Shown here one piece after another: positions 1-13,350 of a stretch of DNA of 64,000 nt. The stretch's first letter is position 1, and each line of letters begins with the position of its first letter. Made by a program: the position numbers and the translations under genes. The stretch is from NCBI RefSeq assembly GCF_036321535.1, contig NC_087437.1:26414001-26478000 (forward strand). The letters run 5' to 3'. This DNA comes from Camelus dromedarius. Its lineage: Eukaryota. The notes below the pieces were generated by a model. That model worked only from the letters and a program-made list of their open reading frames with translations. It did no database searches and had not been told where the DNA came from.

Positions 1-214
1 CTTGTTTTCATTGTTGTAGAGAATTACATTATATGTACATGCCAAAATTTATTAATTTTACTTTAATGCATATTGCTCAATAATGTTTAGTATCAAAAAG
101 GACAACTCATTGCCTATATCTGCATAAGGAAAAGGAAGGCTATGTTTTGGAGAAGAATAGGACATGATTTTTGTCACTTAACAGAAGAAATATTCTTGGT
201 TATATTGATACATA

Positions 215-820
215 TATTTTTTAATTGAGCTAACATTGGTTTATAACATTATATAAGTTTCATGTGTACAACATGATATTTTGATCTCTGTATGCACTAT
301 AGCATGCTTACCACCAAAAGTTTGGTTTCCATCTGTCACTATATATTTGACTCCTTTACCCATTTTACCTTTCCCAACCCCTTTCCCGTCTGGTAACCAC
401 TCATCTGTTCTCTGCAGCTGTGTGTTTGTTTTTGTTTGGTTTGGTTTCGCATGCATGCATTTATTTATTTATTTATTTATTTATTTATTTCATTTGTTTT
501 TTTATAATCTGCATATGAATGAAATCATATGGTATTTGTCTTTCTCCATCTGACTTATTTCACTCAGCATTAATACCCTCTAGATCTGTCCATGTTGTCG
601 TAAATAGCAAGATTTCATCTTTTTTTTTTTCTTTATAGTTGAGCAGTATTCTATATATTTACCACATCTTTTTTAATTTGTTCATCAGTTGAAAGGCACT
701 TAGGTTGTTTCGTATCTTGGCTATTGTGAATAATGCTGCAGTAAACAGAGATGGATATATCTTTCTGAATTAGTGTTTCATATTCTTTGGATAAATACCC
801 AGAAATAGAATAGCTGGATC
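215..820 (-). mobile_element. L1 3' end fragment
   Basis: T-rich tail followed by typical antisense L1 3'UTR/ORF2-end motifs (tgacttatttcactcagcat, ggctattgtgaataatgctgc). Confidence 0.85.
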
Positions 821-1504
821 AACCTATTTAGTGAAATGTATTTGGCTATTATAAATTTTACACTAAAATAGTTAACTAGCTGTTTAGGCATATTTTCTGT
901 TAGTGCTTGCCATAGCATATATTCTTTCGATGTGTTTAGTAGTATAAGATACATTTATGGAGAAAAATAAATTGAAATTACTATCTATTAAATCTTTTTT
1001 CAAATTAGGAAAAGATAACCATTATTTTAGCAGTGGAGTATTTTGGTCAAGCTTTTGAAATCCCAGTGATACATCCAGTGATACACAAGAATCTAGCTGG
1101 AGAACCAATGGAATATGAGCTTACTGAGAGCTTTTCTTACGGAGATTGTTAGCTGTTTTATGAGTGTTATTTGGCACTGAACTAGTTGATGTCAAAATGT
1201 GAGTCATCTTTAGAATTGAAAGTTATTTGGAAAGGAATTTCTTGAAAGTAATATTGGTCTTAAACACTTACTAAATGCATCCCCATCTATAAAATGAAGT
1301 TTAGAATATAATTTTGTATAGATGAGTTGCATGATAGTGTCACAGATTTAAATGTGAGGTTAGGATTTACTGTGCTGCTTGGGGAAATTTTAAAATTTTG
1401 CAATTACCAGAGCTGCATTGGATGACTAACTGACATCTGTGCTCTTAAGACATACAGATAATCACATGTGCTAGCCATGGTGCTCAAATCCTTAAAAACA
1501 ACAC

Positions 1505-4500
1505 TAAGAGAAAATTAACAAAATCAAGAATTGGTTCTTTGAAAAGATCAAAATTAGTAAACCTTTAGCTATATTTACTAAGGAAAAAGAAAGAAGACTC
1601 AGCTAAAACTGGTCATGAAAGAGGGAACATTACTACTGATGTTACAGAAATAAAGAGGATGATAAAAGAATACTACGAACAATGATAGAGTAAAAAAAAA
1701 TGGATAATCTAGATGTACTGGACAAGTGCCAAGAAGCACATAATCTACCAAGATTGATCATGAAGAAATAGAAAATTTCAATAGACCTATGACTAGAAAG
1801 AGATTCAATTGATAATCAAAAACCTTCTAAGAAAGAAAAGCTGATGAGTAGATTGCTTTATTGGCCAAGTGTACCAAATATTTAAAGAAGAATTAATACC
1901 AGTCCTTCTGAAATCTTCCAAAAAGTTGAAGAGGAGGGAACAATTACTAACTATTTCTGTAAGGTCACCTTTACCCTGATATCAAAGCCAGACAAACACA
2001 CTACAATAAAAACAAAAACTGCAGATCACCATTTCTTTTGAATATTGATGCAGAAATCCTCAACAAAGTACAAGCAAACCAAATTTAACTACACCATGCC
2101 AAGTGGAACTAGTTCCTAGAATGCAAAGATGGTTCAATGTATAAAAAGAAATCAGTATGACACACTACATTAACAGCACAAAGAGAAAAAAACACATGGC
2201 CATTTCATTTAATGCAGGAAAAAGCATTTGACAAAATCCAACACCCTTTCATGATAGAAAACACTGAATAAACTATAGAAGCAATTTCTTCAATATAATA
2301 AAGGCCATATATGAATCACCCACACTTAACATTATACTCAGTGATAAAAGACAGAACTTTCCCTTTAAGATCAGAACAAAGAAAAGGATACCCGCTTTCA
2401 CCACTTCTATTCAGCTTAGTGTTGGAAGTCCTAGCCAGAGAAATTAGGCAAGAAAAAAGAAATAAAAGGCATCCAAATTGGAAAAGAAAAAGTAAAATTA
2501 TCTGTTTGAAGACATGTTCTTACAAGCATAAAATAAGAATTCCACAAGAAACTTACTAGAACTAATAAATGAATTCAGCAAAGTTGAAGCACATACAATC
2601 CACGTGCAAAAATAGTTGCATTCCTATATGCCGCAGTGAACAATCCCAAAAGGAAAGTAATAAAACAGTTCCATTTACAATAGTATCAAAAAGAATAAAA
2701 TGCTTAGGAATAAACTTACTGAAATGGCAAAAGACTTGTACACTGAAAACTACAAAATGTTGCCAAAAGAAATTAAAGAAGACACAAAGAAATGGATAAA
2801 CATCCCATGTTCATGGATTGATAGGCTTAATATTGTTAATGTGTCAGTACTGTCCAAAGCAATGTATAGATTCAGTGCTATCTGTATCAAAATCCCAATG
2901 AAAATTTTTGTGGAAATAGGAAAATCCATCCTAAAATTTATATGGAATCTCAAGAGTCTCTGAATAGTCAAAGAAATATTGATAAAGAACAAAGTCAGAG
3001 GTCTTATATTTGCTGATTTCAAAACTTACTATAACATTATAGTAATCAAAACAGTATGGTGCTGGGGTTGTGGGTATAGCTCAGTGGTAGAGCACATGCT
3101 TAGCATGCACAAAGTCCTGGGTTCAATTCCCCAGTACCTCCATTAAAAAACCCCCCAAAACCAGTATGGTTCTGGCATAAAGAAAGATACGTAAGGGCCA
3201 AAGAAATATCATAGAGACCTTAGAGAAAAATCCTCATGTATATGCTCTAATGATTTTTGACCAGAGTGCCAGGATCATTCAATGGGAAGGGACAATCTTT
3301 TCAACAAATAGTATTGGGAAAACTGGATATCCACATACAAAGAATAAAGTTGGACACATCTTATAACCCTATACAAAACTAACTTAAAAAGGTTGAAAGA
3401 CCTAAACATAAGAGCTAACATACAAAACTTTTAGACAAAAACATAGAGGGGGAAGTTTCATGACATTGGATGTGGCAGTAATATCTTAGATATGACATTA
3501 CAAACACAGGGAACAAAAGAAAAGAAAAGATGAGTTGGACTTCATCAAAATTAAAAACTTGTGTATCAAAGGACACTATACAGAGTGAAAAGACAACTCA
3601 TGGAATTTGAGAAAATGTTTTTCAATAATGTATCTGATAAGGGAAATATGTGCAGAATATATAAAGAACTTTTACAACTCAATGACTACCACCACCTGAT
3701 TGAAATGAGGAAAGGACTTGAATAATCATTTCTCCAGTGAAGATATACAAAAGTTAATAAGCATATGAAAAGATGATCAACACCATGAATTATTAGAAAA
3801 ATGCAAATCAAAACCACAACGAGCTGTCACTTTATACCTATTAGGATGACTATTATCAAACAAACAGAAAAAAAGAAATATTGGCAAGGATGTGAAAAAA
3901 TTGGAACCCTTGTGTGTTGCTGCTGGGAATGTAAAATGGTGCATCTGTTGTGGATAATGGTATGGTGAATCCTCAAAAAAAAATTAAACATAGAATTACC
4001 ATATGATCCAGCAATTCCACTTCTGGGTATATACTCCAAAGAAGTGAAAGCAGGTACTCAAATAGATATTTGTACACCCATGTTCAAAGCAGCATTGTTC
4101 ACAGTAGCCAAAAGGTAGAAGCAATCAAAGCATCCATTAATGGATAAATGGATAAGCCAAATATGGTAAAAACAAATAATGGGATATTATATAGCCTTAA
4201 AAAAGAAGAAAATTCTGACATATGCTACAATGTGGATGAATCTTGAAGACATGCTAAGTGAAATAAGCTCAGCATAAATGGACAAAAAATGATTCCACTT
4301 ATATCAGATACTCAAGTAGTCAAATTTATAGAGACAGAAAGTAGAATAGTGGTTTCTTAGGGCTAGGGGCAGGAGGAATGGGATATTAGTATTTAATGAG
4401 TACGGAGTTTCAGTTTGGGAAGATGAAAAAGTTGTGGAGGTAGATGGTGGTGATGGTTGTGCACAACAATGTGAGTATAATTAATGTTGCTAAACTTTAC

Positions 4501-4560
4501 ACTTAAAAATGTTTAAAATGGTGAATTTTATGTTGTGTATTATACCACAATGAAAAAAAT
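1505..4560 (+). mobile_element. Degenerate L1 (~3 kb of ORF2 plus 3'UTR), same orientation as RNF13
   Basis: ORF2 remnants [24 protein letters not shown] and KDLYTENYKMLPKEIKEDTKKWINIPCSWIDRLNIV; many stops and frameshifts; A-rich end near 4555. Confidence 0.93.
3064..3156 (+). mobile_element. tRNA-derived SINE (Vic-1-like) inserted in L1 ORF2
   Basis: A box tagctcagtggtagagc, B box gggttcaattccc, short A tail; imperfect TSD aaaacagtatggtgctgg / aaaaccagtatggttctgg. Confidence 0.88.
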
Positions 4561-7295
4561 GAAGCTGAAGTCCTTCTAGAAGATCACTGAAGAGTTAAAA
4601 CAATTGTTTATTCACTGTTAAAACTTTTTAGTATACAAATTATCAAACAAATTATCAAATTATCTTTTTATTATAGTAAAGTGGAGAAATAGGGTAATGA
4701 ACCTCAGAATAATCTTCTCCTAGATTTAACATTTATTAGTCTTTTGGTTTATTTATTTATTTTTGGCTGGAGAATTTTAAAGTAATTTACAGGTATCGTG
4801 ACATTTCATTCCTAAGCATTTCAGTAGGCATCTCCAGAAATAAGGAATTTCTCATATGACCACAATACTGTTGTCATGCCTAAGAAAATTAACATTTTAA
4901 AAAATGTATCTGATATCTAGCCTGAATGGTCACATTGTCACTCTTGTTTGTCAGTTATATTTTTATTATTGGTTTGCTTGAGCCTTGTGTTTTGTATTTG
5001 GATTTAATGTTTCTTATCTCTTTTAATGTACAACAGTCTCTTGCTGTTCTCCCATTCCATCCCCCTGCACTGTTTTGTTTATCCTATTTAATTTTATTGA
5101 AATTCGTGCAATGCCCTCAAGTAACACACCACCTTATCTTACTTACTTAGTTCTAGTATTTCTTATAAACTTGAAATTAGAGCTAAGGCTTGTTAGAATT
5201 TGGTGAAAACAATTTTGGCAGGAATACATCTCAGGTGGTACAGGCTGAACAGAAAATAGAATGAGAATTTGCCAGTTGAAAAACCTTTTAGAGAGAGTCA
5301 GGAGGCTAATTTCGGATAAAATACTTGTTTATAATTAGTAGTGGAATTCTGTCAAATAGTAGGCACAAATAAGTATGATCAGAGATGGTGGTAATGGAGG
5401 CATCTCTAGAAACCTGCTTGGTAGTTCTCAAGGATTTTTACAGTTAACCTACACAATGTTTTCCAGTTTTAATGTTTTCCACCAATTAGGAAGTCATTTT
5501 TATAATAAATAATGTTGTCTAGCAGTACAGTTGACAGTCTATATTTATCTCAACCCAGTAGTGTAAGTGCTAGAAGAAAGTATCAAAGGATTTAAGCTTG
5601 TTAACCTTTCTTTCCAGAAGACTTCTTGGAGAAGGGAAGATTTAACAACAAAAAACCCCTATTGTATTTTTTTGGAGAATGTATTAACAGCCATAGACGT
5701 TTTTCACAGAAACTGCATATATCTATACATACATAAAATTTTGCATACAATTTTATAGGATTCATAGTATCCACCTAAATTTTCCTTTGAAGGTGGAGTA
5801 GTTTCTGGATAACACATGAATGAAGGTTAGAGCTGGCAACAATAGGATGCATTCTTGGAAACAGTGAGTTGATCAGAGCGAGAGCAAGGGCACCTGCTGG
5901 GCTACTGGAAAATAAAACTGTTTAGTTTGGACAGACTCTGAAATGTGAAAATTGTAGGCCCTTTTGATTCTTCTCCAACATTTGCTTCTGTTGACTAACT
6001 GCCTTCCTTCCCCCACATTCATTTCAAAGTTCTTTTCTTTCTTGACTTTTATGAAATTAGTCTTTGTCTTTCTTTTCTCTGCTTTCTCTTTCTAGTCTTA
6101 AATTTAGATACTCTTCAGAGTTTTCTTTAGTCCTCTTCTCTTTTTAATTTTTACTTTTATATTAAGATCACTTTAGTTACATCTTCTGTTGATAATTCCT
6201 AAATCTCCCTATGTCCTGGGCAGAGCTCCTGACCTCTATTTATCACTATTTACATGTCCACTGGAATGTTTTACAAACATCAAGTGAAGAAATTCCCAAA
6301 TTGTTCTCACTTCCACTAACTGTGGTTCTCCTATATTTTCTGTCTCATCTATTGACATCACCATCCAAACTATTTTCCTCCTATATTCCAGTGGTGCTTT
6401 AAGCCCTTACATGCATTTTTAAATTTATTCCACAGACTTATCTTTTAAATCCTAAATAATCTCCTTTTGCAGTTGAAGCAGTTTAATCATTTTGCCTCAA
6501 AATCACACTGTTAGCATGTGGCAGTGCCAAGATATAGACATAGTTCTGCCTAATACTAGATCTCGTATTTCTTACCACAGTTACGATACTACCACTCAAT
6601 TCTATGACTTTAATCTAAAAAAAAATTAAGGATGTACCTGTAAGGTTTAACTATAAGAGTATTTATTGCAAAATTTATAACAGTAGAAAAAATAGAAGGA
6701 GATTCAATCTCCAACAATAGAGATTCCGTTAAATCCATTATAGAACATTTATATGGAATATCATGTGGTCATTATACATCATGTTTTAGACCAGTAGTTT
6801 TCATTTTGTATTAACAGAGTCATAAATGGGAACCCAGTGTTTTAAATAGAGTTAAAAAATATTGTTTGAAAGGGATGGAAGCCCGAGAGAGTCTCATGGA
6901 CTACTGTCTGTAATGGTTCTTGAGGGGAGGTTAAGGTACAGGGTTTGAAATTTTTGATTTTTTTCAAGTATAGTTAATGAATCAGGAAAATATTCACAAT
7001 GCAATAAGTGAAAAGAATAGTTAACAAAACAGCGTGTATAGTACATTCTCAGTTTTACTAAATAAATAGTTGAATGTACATATAACTAAAAGAATGGGAG
7101 GATATATATATATCAAAATAGGGATATTGGTTATTCTTTTATTTGACGATTATGAGTGATTTTAATTTCTCTCACATTTTCTACAATGAACAAAAATTAA
7201 TTTTACAAATAGAGATTATAAGAACTCCTGAATGTGTTATTTTAAAAAAGACAATAAAAGCAAAAAGTATAACCAAAACCCACTACAATTATTAA

Positions 7296-7297
<2 letters not shown>

Positions 7298-7344
<47 letters not shown>
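7298..7344. repeat. (CA)n microsatellite
   Basis: Uninterrupted CA run. Confidence 0.98.
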
Positions 7345-7347
<3 letters not shown>

Positions 7348-7479
7348 CAAAAGAAGTAAATAATCCAGTGACTGTTGTGCCATGAGTGTTGGCTTGAAGC
7401 CCTTCAGTACGTGTGTAAGCATAGGTCCATTACTCTGCCTTTTGAGCATCAACCTTGGAAATTGATGCTGTTTTCAGTT

Positions 7480-7710
7480 GGGCTTTAGAATGTGGACTAC
7501 AGAAGCAGCCTGCTTGGGTTCAAATACTGGCTCTGCTATTATTCATTGTTTGACCTTGGATAAGTTACTTAAAAGGGCCTAAGTTTTCTCCATCTATGAA
7601 GTGATACCTTATAGGGTATTGTTAGAATTAGATGAGTTAAATTCAATAACATGCTTAGAGCAAAGCCTGACACTTAGTAAGTGATCAGTTATAGTTATGA
7701 TTATTGTTAT
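7480..7710 (+). mobile_element. MIR SINE
   Basis: gggttcaaatactggctctgct...tgaccttggataagttactt...ttttctccatctatgaa MIR core. Confidence 0.8.
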
Positions 7711-7940
7711 TCATATCCTTAGAGTTATTTTCCCTATAAACCCTCTCTTCCTCTCCTTCCAAAAATAGCTAGGGATTCCAAAACTTTACAAGGAGAGTCA
7801 TAGTCTTAATTTATTAAGTTTCCCAAACAGGTCAGTGGTCAATATACTGCATATTTATTCTTCCTAGCAAAATTTAGTAGCAGCTATACCGTATTTTATA
7901 AGGATTTCCATGTTTTTATGGTATTACTTCTGCCCAGAAA

Positions 7941-8465
7941 TTGTCTAATGTGGTCCCCAAGACTAACCCCAAGATTCAGTGATTCACTAGAGAACTTACA
8001 GTACTCAGTATACACTGATTTATTACAGTGAAAAGCTACAAAGCAAAATCAGCAACAGGAAAAGGTACATGGGGTAAAGTCGAGAGGAAACCAGGTGTAA
8101 GCTTTTAAGAGTCCTCTCTCAGTGGAGTCACAGGGGATATGCTTAATTTCTCAGCAGTGAGTTATGACAACACATGTGACATGTCTACCAGGGACACTCA
8201 TTAGAGATTCAGGGTCCGGGATTTACATTGAGGGCTATTCAGGTAGGCACTCTCCAACTAGCATGTACCAAAATTTCAGATTCCCAGAAAGAAAGTAGGT
8301 GTTCAACATAAACCACATTGTTTGCAGAATTCAGGCTTCTTATCAGGGAATGATGGGAATGATCCTGAAATCTAAGTTCTCAGATGTCAGTGAAGAGCCA
8401 ACCTTGCAAGCAGTCTTTCTAAGGATAGCAGTCTCAGGCCTGCTATGTTACCTCTTTTCTCCACA
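7941..8465 (-). mobile_element. Solo ERVL LTR, MER77/MER68-like
   Basis: tg...ca termini; motifs ccccaagactaacccc, gcaaaatcagcaacaggaaaagg, ctaaggatagcagtctcaggcctgctatgtta resemble the recalled consensus. Confidence 0.75.
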
Positions 8466-8529
8466 GAGGTATATTTTAAATGTATTTTACCTGAGAAACT
8501 AATATCAACAAATTATGCATTTTAAAAGA

Positions 8530-8780
8530 GTTTTGTTGAGATATAATAATACACAAACCATAAAATTTACCCATTTGAAGTAAAAAGAGCAGTGATTTTT
8601 AGTATATTTATAGATCTGTGCAATCATTACCACAATCTAATTTTAGAACATTTTCATCATCCAGAAAAGAAACCCCATATCTGTGAGCAGTCATCCCTCA
8701 TTCCTGTCGGTCCCTCCTCTCTCCCTTACTCTTACCCCCACCCCTAGGCGACCACTAATTTACTTTCTGTCTCTGTGGAA
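8530..8780 (-). mobile_element. Old L1 (L1MB-like) 3' end
   Basis: gagatataat...cacaatctaattttagaacattttcatc...ccactaatttactttctgtctctg. Confidence 0.75.
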
Positions 8781-9382
8781 CAAATCTATACGTTTAACAT
8801 ACTTTCCACCTTTATTTAATCTCTGATGTAAATGACTTTGTAAGATGGTAGTTCAAAAATTGTTCAAGGGAATTTCTCTTTCCGTACATGTCAGAGTTTG
8901 AGTCTGTATGGTAGTCTTTAAATCCACAGCCTTAGCAACAGCAATCATCATCAAAATTGTTATTACATGAGTTAGTGGGATTTAATGAAATAATTCATTA
9001 TAAAGGCCCTTGTCTTTGCAAATGTCATTCTCATCATTTAAAAAGTATGTTATACAATTGATTGAGGCTTACCAATGGGAATTTTGATACTTACTTGCTT
9101 AACATTTAATCTTTTCACTGTATCTTTTTGCTGTAAGATAGACAGGGACTCATGCAGAAAATTGGATGAGGTTGGGAGAGGTGGCTGCACTATTGCCATT
9201 AAGATGTATATATTGTTAGAAGGGAAAGGACAAAAAGGATTACTTTATAATAAGTGGCTATTTTGGAGGGGGTATAATATTCAAGAATAAATAAAAAGTA
9301 AATTTACATGTAAATTTATGAATTATATTTAAAGAATTATCAACATTCCTTAAGGTTATAACATTTAAAATTTATTTAAAAA

Positions 9383-9610
9383 TTTTTATTGAAGTACAGT
9401 TGATTTACAGTATGTTAGTTTCTGGTGTATAGCATAGTGATTCAGTTATACATATATATATTGTTTTTCAATATAGGTTATTGCAAAATATGGAATATAC
9501 ATAGTAGGACCTTGTTGTTTATGTATTTTATATATTGTAGTTTGTATCTGGAGTAGTTAGTATTAGGAGTTTGCAAACTCCTAATTTATCCCTTCTTCCT
9601 TTGGTAAGCA
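9383..9610 (-). mobile_element. Short L1 3' end (artiodactyl type)
   Basis: tttttattgaagtacagttgatttaca...gcatagtgattcagttatacat; same motif as copies at ~22165 and ~53160. Confidence 0.8.
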
Positions 9611-9613
9611 CTC

Positions 9614-9701
9614 TTTTTTTAATAGAAGTGCTGGGAATTGAACCCAGGACCTTGTGTGTGCTAAGCATGTGCTTTACCACTGAACTATACCCACTCCCCC
9701 C
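9614..9701 (-). mobile_element. tRNA-derived SINE (Vic-1-like)
   Basis: Reverse complement of the 3064 element: ctgggaattgaacccaggacc...taccactgaactataccc. Confidence 0.88.
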
Positions 9702-10088
9702 AAGATTGTGAAAAAAAAATTATTTCAAAAGTGCTTGTGTGTTTTTTAATTATTATTTTGATTAAAATCTAGTTTTTCCCATAATTGAGTTAATAGACAA
9801 ACTGAAAACTGTGGGAGGCTCTTTCTTTTGTGGTTAAAACACAGAACTTAGTCACCATGAGTTATGTAGGTACTGACTAACATTGGGTGTTTACCTAAAT
9901 GTCAAAATCTGTATAAACTCTTATGCTTTTGAAATACTAGTTTCATTTTAGTGTTAATCCATGTTTGTAATTAAAAGAGACATTTCTGGACAACAGGAAG
10001 TAATATATCAAATATCTTATTTTCAGGGACAAAGCACCAGAACTTACTGTTACTTATCTGCTTGTCTCCCAGGTGATTCTGCATCAAG

Positions 10089-10202
10089 ATGCTGCTCTCT
10101 ATAGGGATGCTCATGCTGTCGGCCACACAAGTCTATACCATCTTGACTGTCCAGCTCTTCGCATTCTTAAACCTACTGCCTGTAGAAGCGGACATTTTAG
10201 CT
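10089..10202 (+). CDS. RNF13: RNF13 first coding exon (exon begins 10073 with 16 nt 5'UTR); signal peptide MLLSIGMLMLSATQVYTILTVQLFAFLNLLPVEADILA
   Basis: Acceptor ttgtctcccAG ends 10072; ATG at 10089; 114 nt = 38 codons; donor GTAAGT at 10203; translation matches the RNF13 N-terminus as I recall it. Confidence 0.97.
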
Positions 10203-12979
10203 GTAAGTAAAGTTTAAATTTAAATTAATTTAATTTTAAATTTAAACAGTAAAATTTGTTCATGTCTAAAAACATCCCTTAAAGAAAAGCTTTAAAAGAA
10301 GTCTTAAATGATGGGTGTTATACAATAACAAAATAATAGAATCTTATAAGGTGTTTATGTACAAACATAGAGGCATATATACACATAGTTGTTACTTGAA
10401 AGTAGGAGACCTTGCCCATTTTTTTATTGCCTTGATTCTTAAGACCTCATGTACAATAAGTTCCTGATAAATGTTGTTGCTCTTGAGTGTGTGTGTGTAC
10501 TCTTGAGTGCTCACGCACGTATGTATCTGCATGCTGTGTGTTTAATGTAGAATCTTACTGTTTTTGTTGGTAATTAGTATATCTGTAATGACTTGACAGT
10601 GATATTTTAAAAAATTGTGCAATAAGTCCATAGAAAATTTCAACCTAAAATTAACGTCAGTGAGTCAGAAGAGAACCATAATGGTCTTATCTTTGATGGT
10701 GGATAGAAAAGTTTTTAAAGAAGAAGGTTGCTCTTCAAAACCTTATAGTCCTTTCTAGGACTTATTGTCTTATTGTCCTCTACACTGGGAAGTGTATATG
10801 TTTCCTATTTCTCATTTCTGTGAAGTTAGAAGAAGAGTTAACTATATCTGTAAGTGTGTGGTGTGTGTATGTGTGTACGCCTATACTCTAGGTATTTTAT
10901 TTTGCTAAGGATTTATTCGGTTTGGGGGTGGCTTGTAGGCGATTTGCTTAATAATATTAGGTGAGAAATAGAAGGGCCAGAATTGTGGCTGACCAAAGCT
11001 TAATGTGGTCCTTAGCCATGCTTCTGCATACTGCAGTACTTGTGGAAGGCTCTAGAGTCATTGTAGAACTTGGGAGAGCCAGGCTGTGTTCTATCCCATA
11101 ACTTTTTGAAGGCATAGTAAATCCCATCCCTATGAGATTTCTTACCCTCTGTCACTCTCTTTGGTAAAGAACTGGTTAATTAGATTTTTATAGAATAGTC
11201 TGGATCTTTTTGAGATGGAGTGAAAGTAGAACCTTTAAGGACTGAGTCCATTGCTATTCAAATCTCTTCTCTAAATTGGTCCCCCAAATCCTTGGAATAG
11301 TCTTAGGTTGACTTTGAAATGAGGTAGAGGATTTGTGGACTGATCAGGGAATGAAGTTCTCCTTGTGTCTCTTTTCTCCTTTACTTTCTTTCATTCTCTC
11401 TCTCTCTGTCTTTCCCTCAGTTGTTTATAACACCTGCCACTCCTTGTTTCTTTCTTTCTTTTTTACCTGAAGTGAACTGTTATTCTATGGTTCAGCTGTG
11501 TGATAAGTTAAATAATGTTTCAGTGGGCAGCTCTAGGAATTTAACTAGCTGTGTGATGTGGATCAAATTACTTACCCACTATAAATGCCTCTTTTTTAAA
11601 AATTTATAAACTGGATTATTGTAGTGATGATTAAATAAAAACTGCTTAGAATGGTATCTGACACATGGTAAATGTTTTATCTGTTTTGTCTTCATTATAA
11701 TTATTCTCATCATCCTTCACTCACTCCCTCAAGCAGTGTATGAGACTGCCCAAGTTGTATTATTTAATGTAGAGGTAAAACAAAATGTTAGAGAACAGTC
11801 AGTTCTTACCAGCAGTGTGCCTTGTGCTTCAGGCAGGTGGGTATGGAATGTGTGGTGATGTCATCTAGCGAAGGAATTATTAGCATGGGAGCTGCTTAAA
11901 TCTGGTCTTTATGCTGACGCTAAAGATAGAGGCTGACAGGAATGCAGGGAGAGCTGGTGGGGGGATGGGTTGTGAAGTTATGTAACTGGTAAAAAGGAGA
12001 AATAAATACTGAGGCAGAGGAACTGGATGTGGTAACAGTCATTCAAAGGGGCTGAGTCAAGAGGTAGAAAATATTAGCTCCTTTTAATTGAATAAGAATA
12101 CCCCTGAAATCTGAGTTTGTAGTAATAAAATTTAAATAAATTGGACATCAGGTTGATTCTAGTTTCATTTAGATGGGTATTAGGATGCTGCTTTTGAAAA
12201 GATAAAGTCAGTTTTAGTCATACTGTTTGTATGCCTGATGATTGTATTTTTGGCACTTGCATTCCCCCACTTAACTATTAATTCCCTGACAACAATATTT
12301 GTCCTCTAGTTGGTGAGTTCTAAGAGGCTGTGGAGATGCTACTATTGAGTGTGTTGCTGACTAGTCAGTAAGTATCTCTAGATCATGAGTACCTGGAAGG
12401 CAGGGCTGTGTCTTACTAAACTTGATGGTTCTGGTACCTAGTGAGGGTTACACAGTAGGAATTCAGTAATATTTGAACTGATTAATAGTTTTTCTTTGGA
12501 ATTTTAGTTCTTTCATATTTTCTTTTAATATTATTTATTCCTTGGAACTTTAGATTATTGTTATTTCTGTTAGCAGTTTATTCTCTTTTCACCTCTTATT
12601 TCATTGTTTCTCTTTCCTTTGACCCAAAAGGAAATGTGAAGTTTTTAATTATATAGGTTTCTGTCTAGAAACATGGAACTTTAGAATTGGCAGAGGTATT
12701 ACAATCTGAACAATGTTGAATGTTCCAAGGTCCATAGACTACAAGCGATTTGTTAGGGTTGAGCTGTGCCATGATCTTATTGAGAAGTAATATCCATCTT
12801 ATTTAGTTTCAGAGTCAAACAACCCAATATTGGTTTACTCCAAATCTACCTTTTGATTCTGTTGTAGAGATTTGTCAGAGAGATATCATTGCTTGGTAGT
12901 TGGTTGTGGGTTCAGTGGGCAGAGTTAGGAGAGAGGCACCCAGTGGTCGGTAGTGTGAATGGATTGGATTATATGGCTT

Positions 12980-13350
12980 GGTAGTTAAGAGTTCCCACAA
13001 TGAGAATTACAATCTGAATTGAATTCCATTTCTACCACTCTGTAGCTCCATGACCTTGGGCAGTTACCTAACATCTCTTGAGTCTCAGTTTATTTATGAA
13101 AATGCAATTGTAGAAGAGACAGTGTAGAGCACTGGGTTAAGAGCCTGGGCTCTGGAGCCAGACTGCCTGGGTTAGAATCCTGGTTCTTCTTATTTACTAG
13201 CTTAAGTTATTTTCAACATTTTGTGGTCAATCTGTAAATGAGGATGATGATAACAGTGGCTGACTTTATAGGGTTGTTGTAAGGATTTAATAAGTGAATA
13301 CCTATCAAGTGTTTAGAATGATGTCATAAATGTTCATAATTGTTAGCTAT
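12980..13350 (+). mobile_element. Two adjacent MIR fragments
   Basis: tgaccttgggcagttacctaac...tctcagttt and ggttaagagcctgggctctggagccagactgcctgggtt. Confidence 0.75.

Noticed and set aside
2311..3022. ORF-track entries with reverse-transcriptase-region similarity (also 19632-19967, 36147-36374, 54397-54657)
   Set aside because: Short frameshifted L1 ORF2 remnants; no intact ORF, so neither an active element nor a host gene.
3064..3145. tRNA-like sequences here and at 9614-9701 and 23809-23885
   Set aside because: A-rich tails, TSDs on two copies and divergence between copies show they are tRNA-derived SINEs, not tRNA genes.
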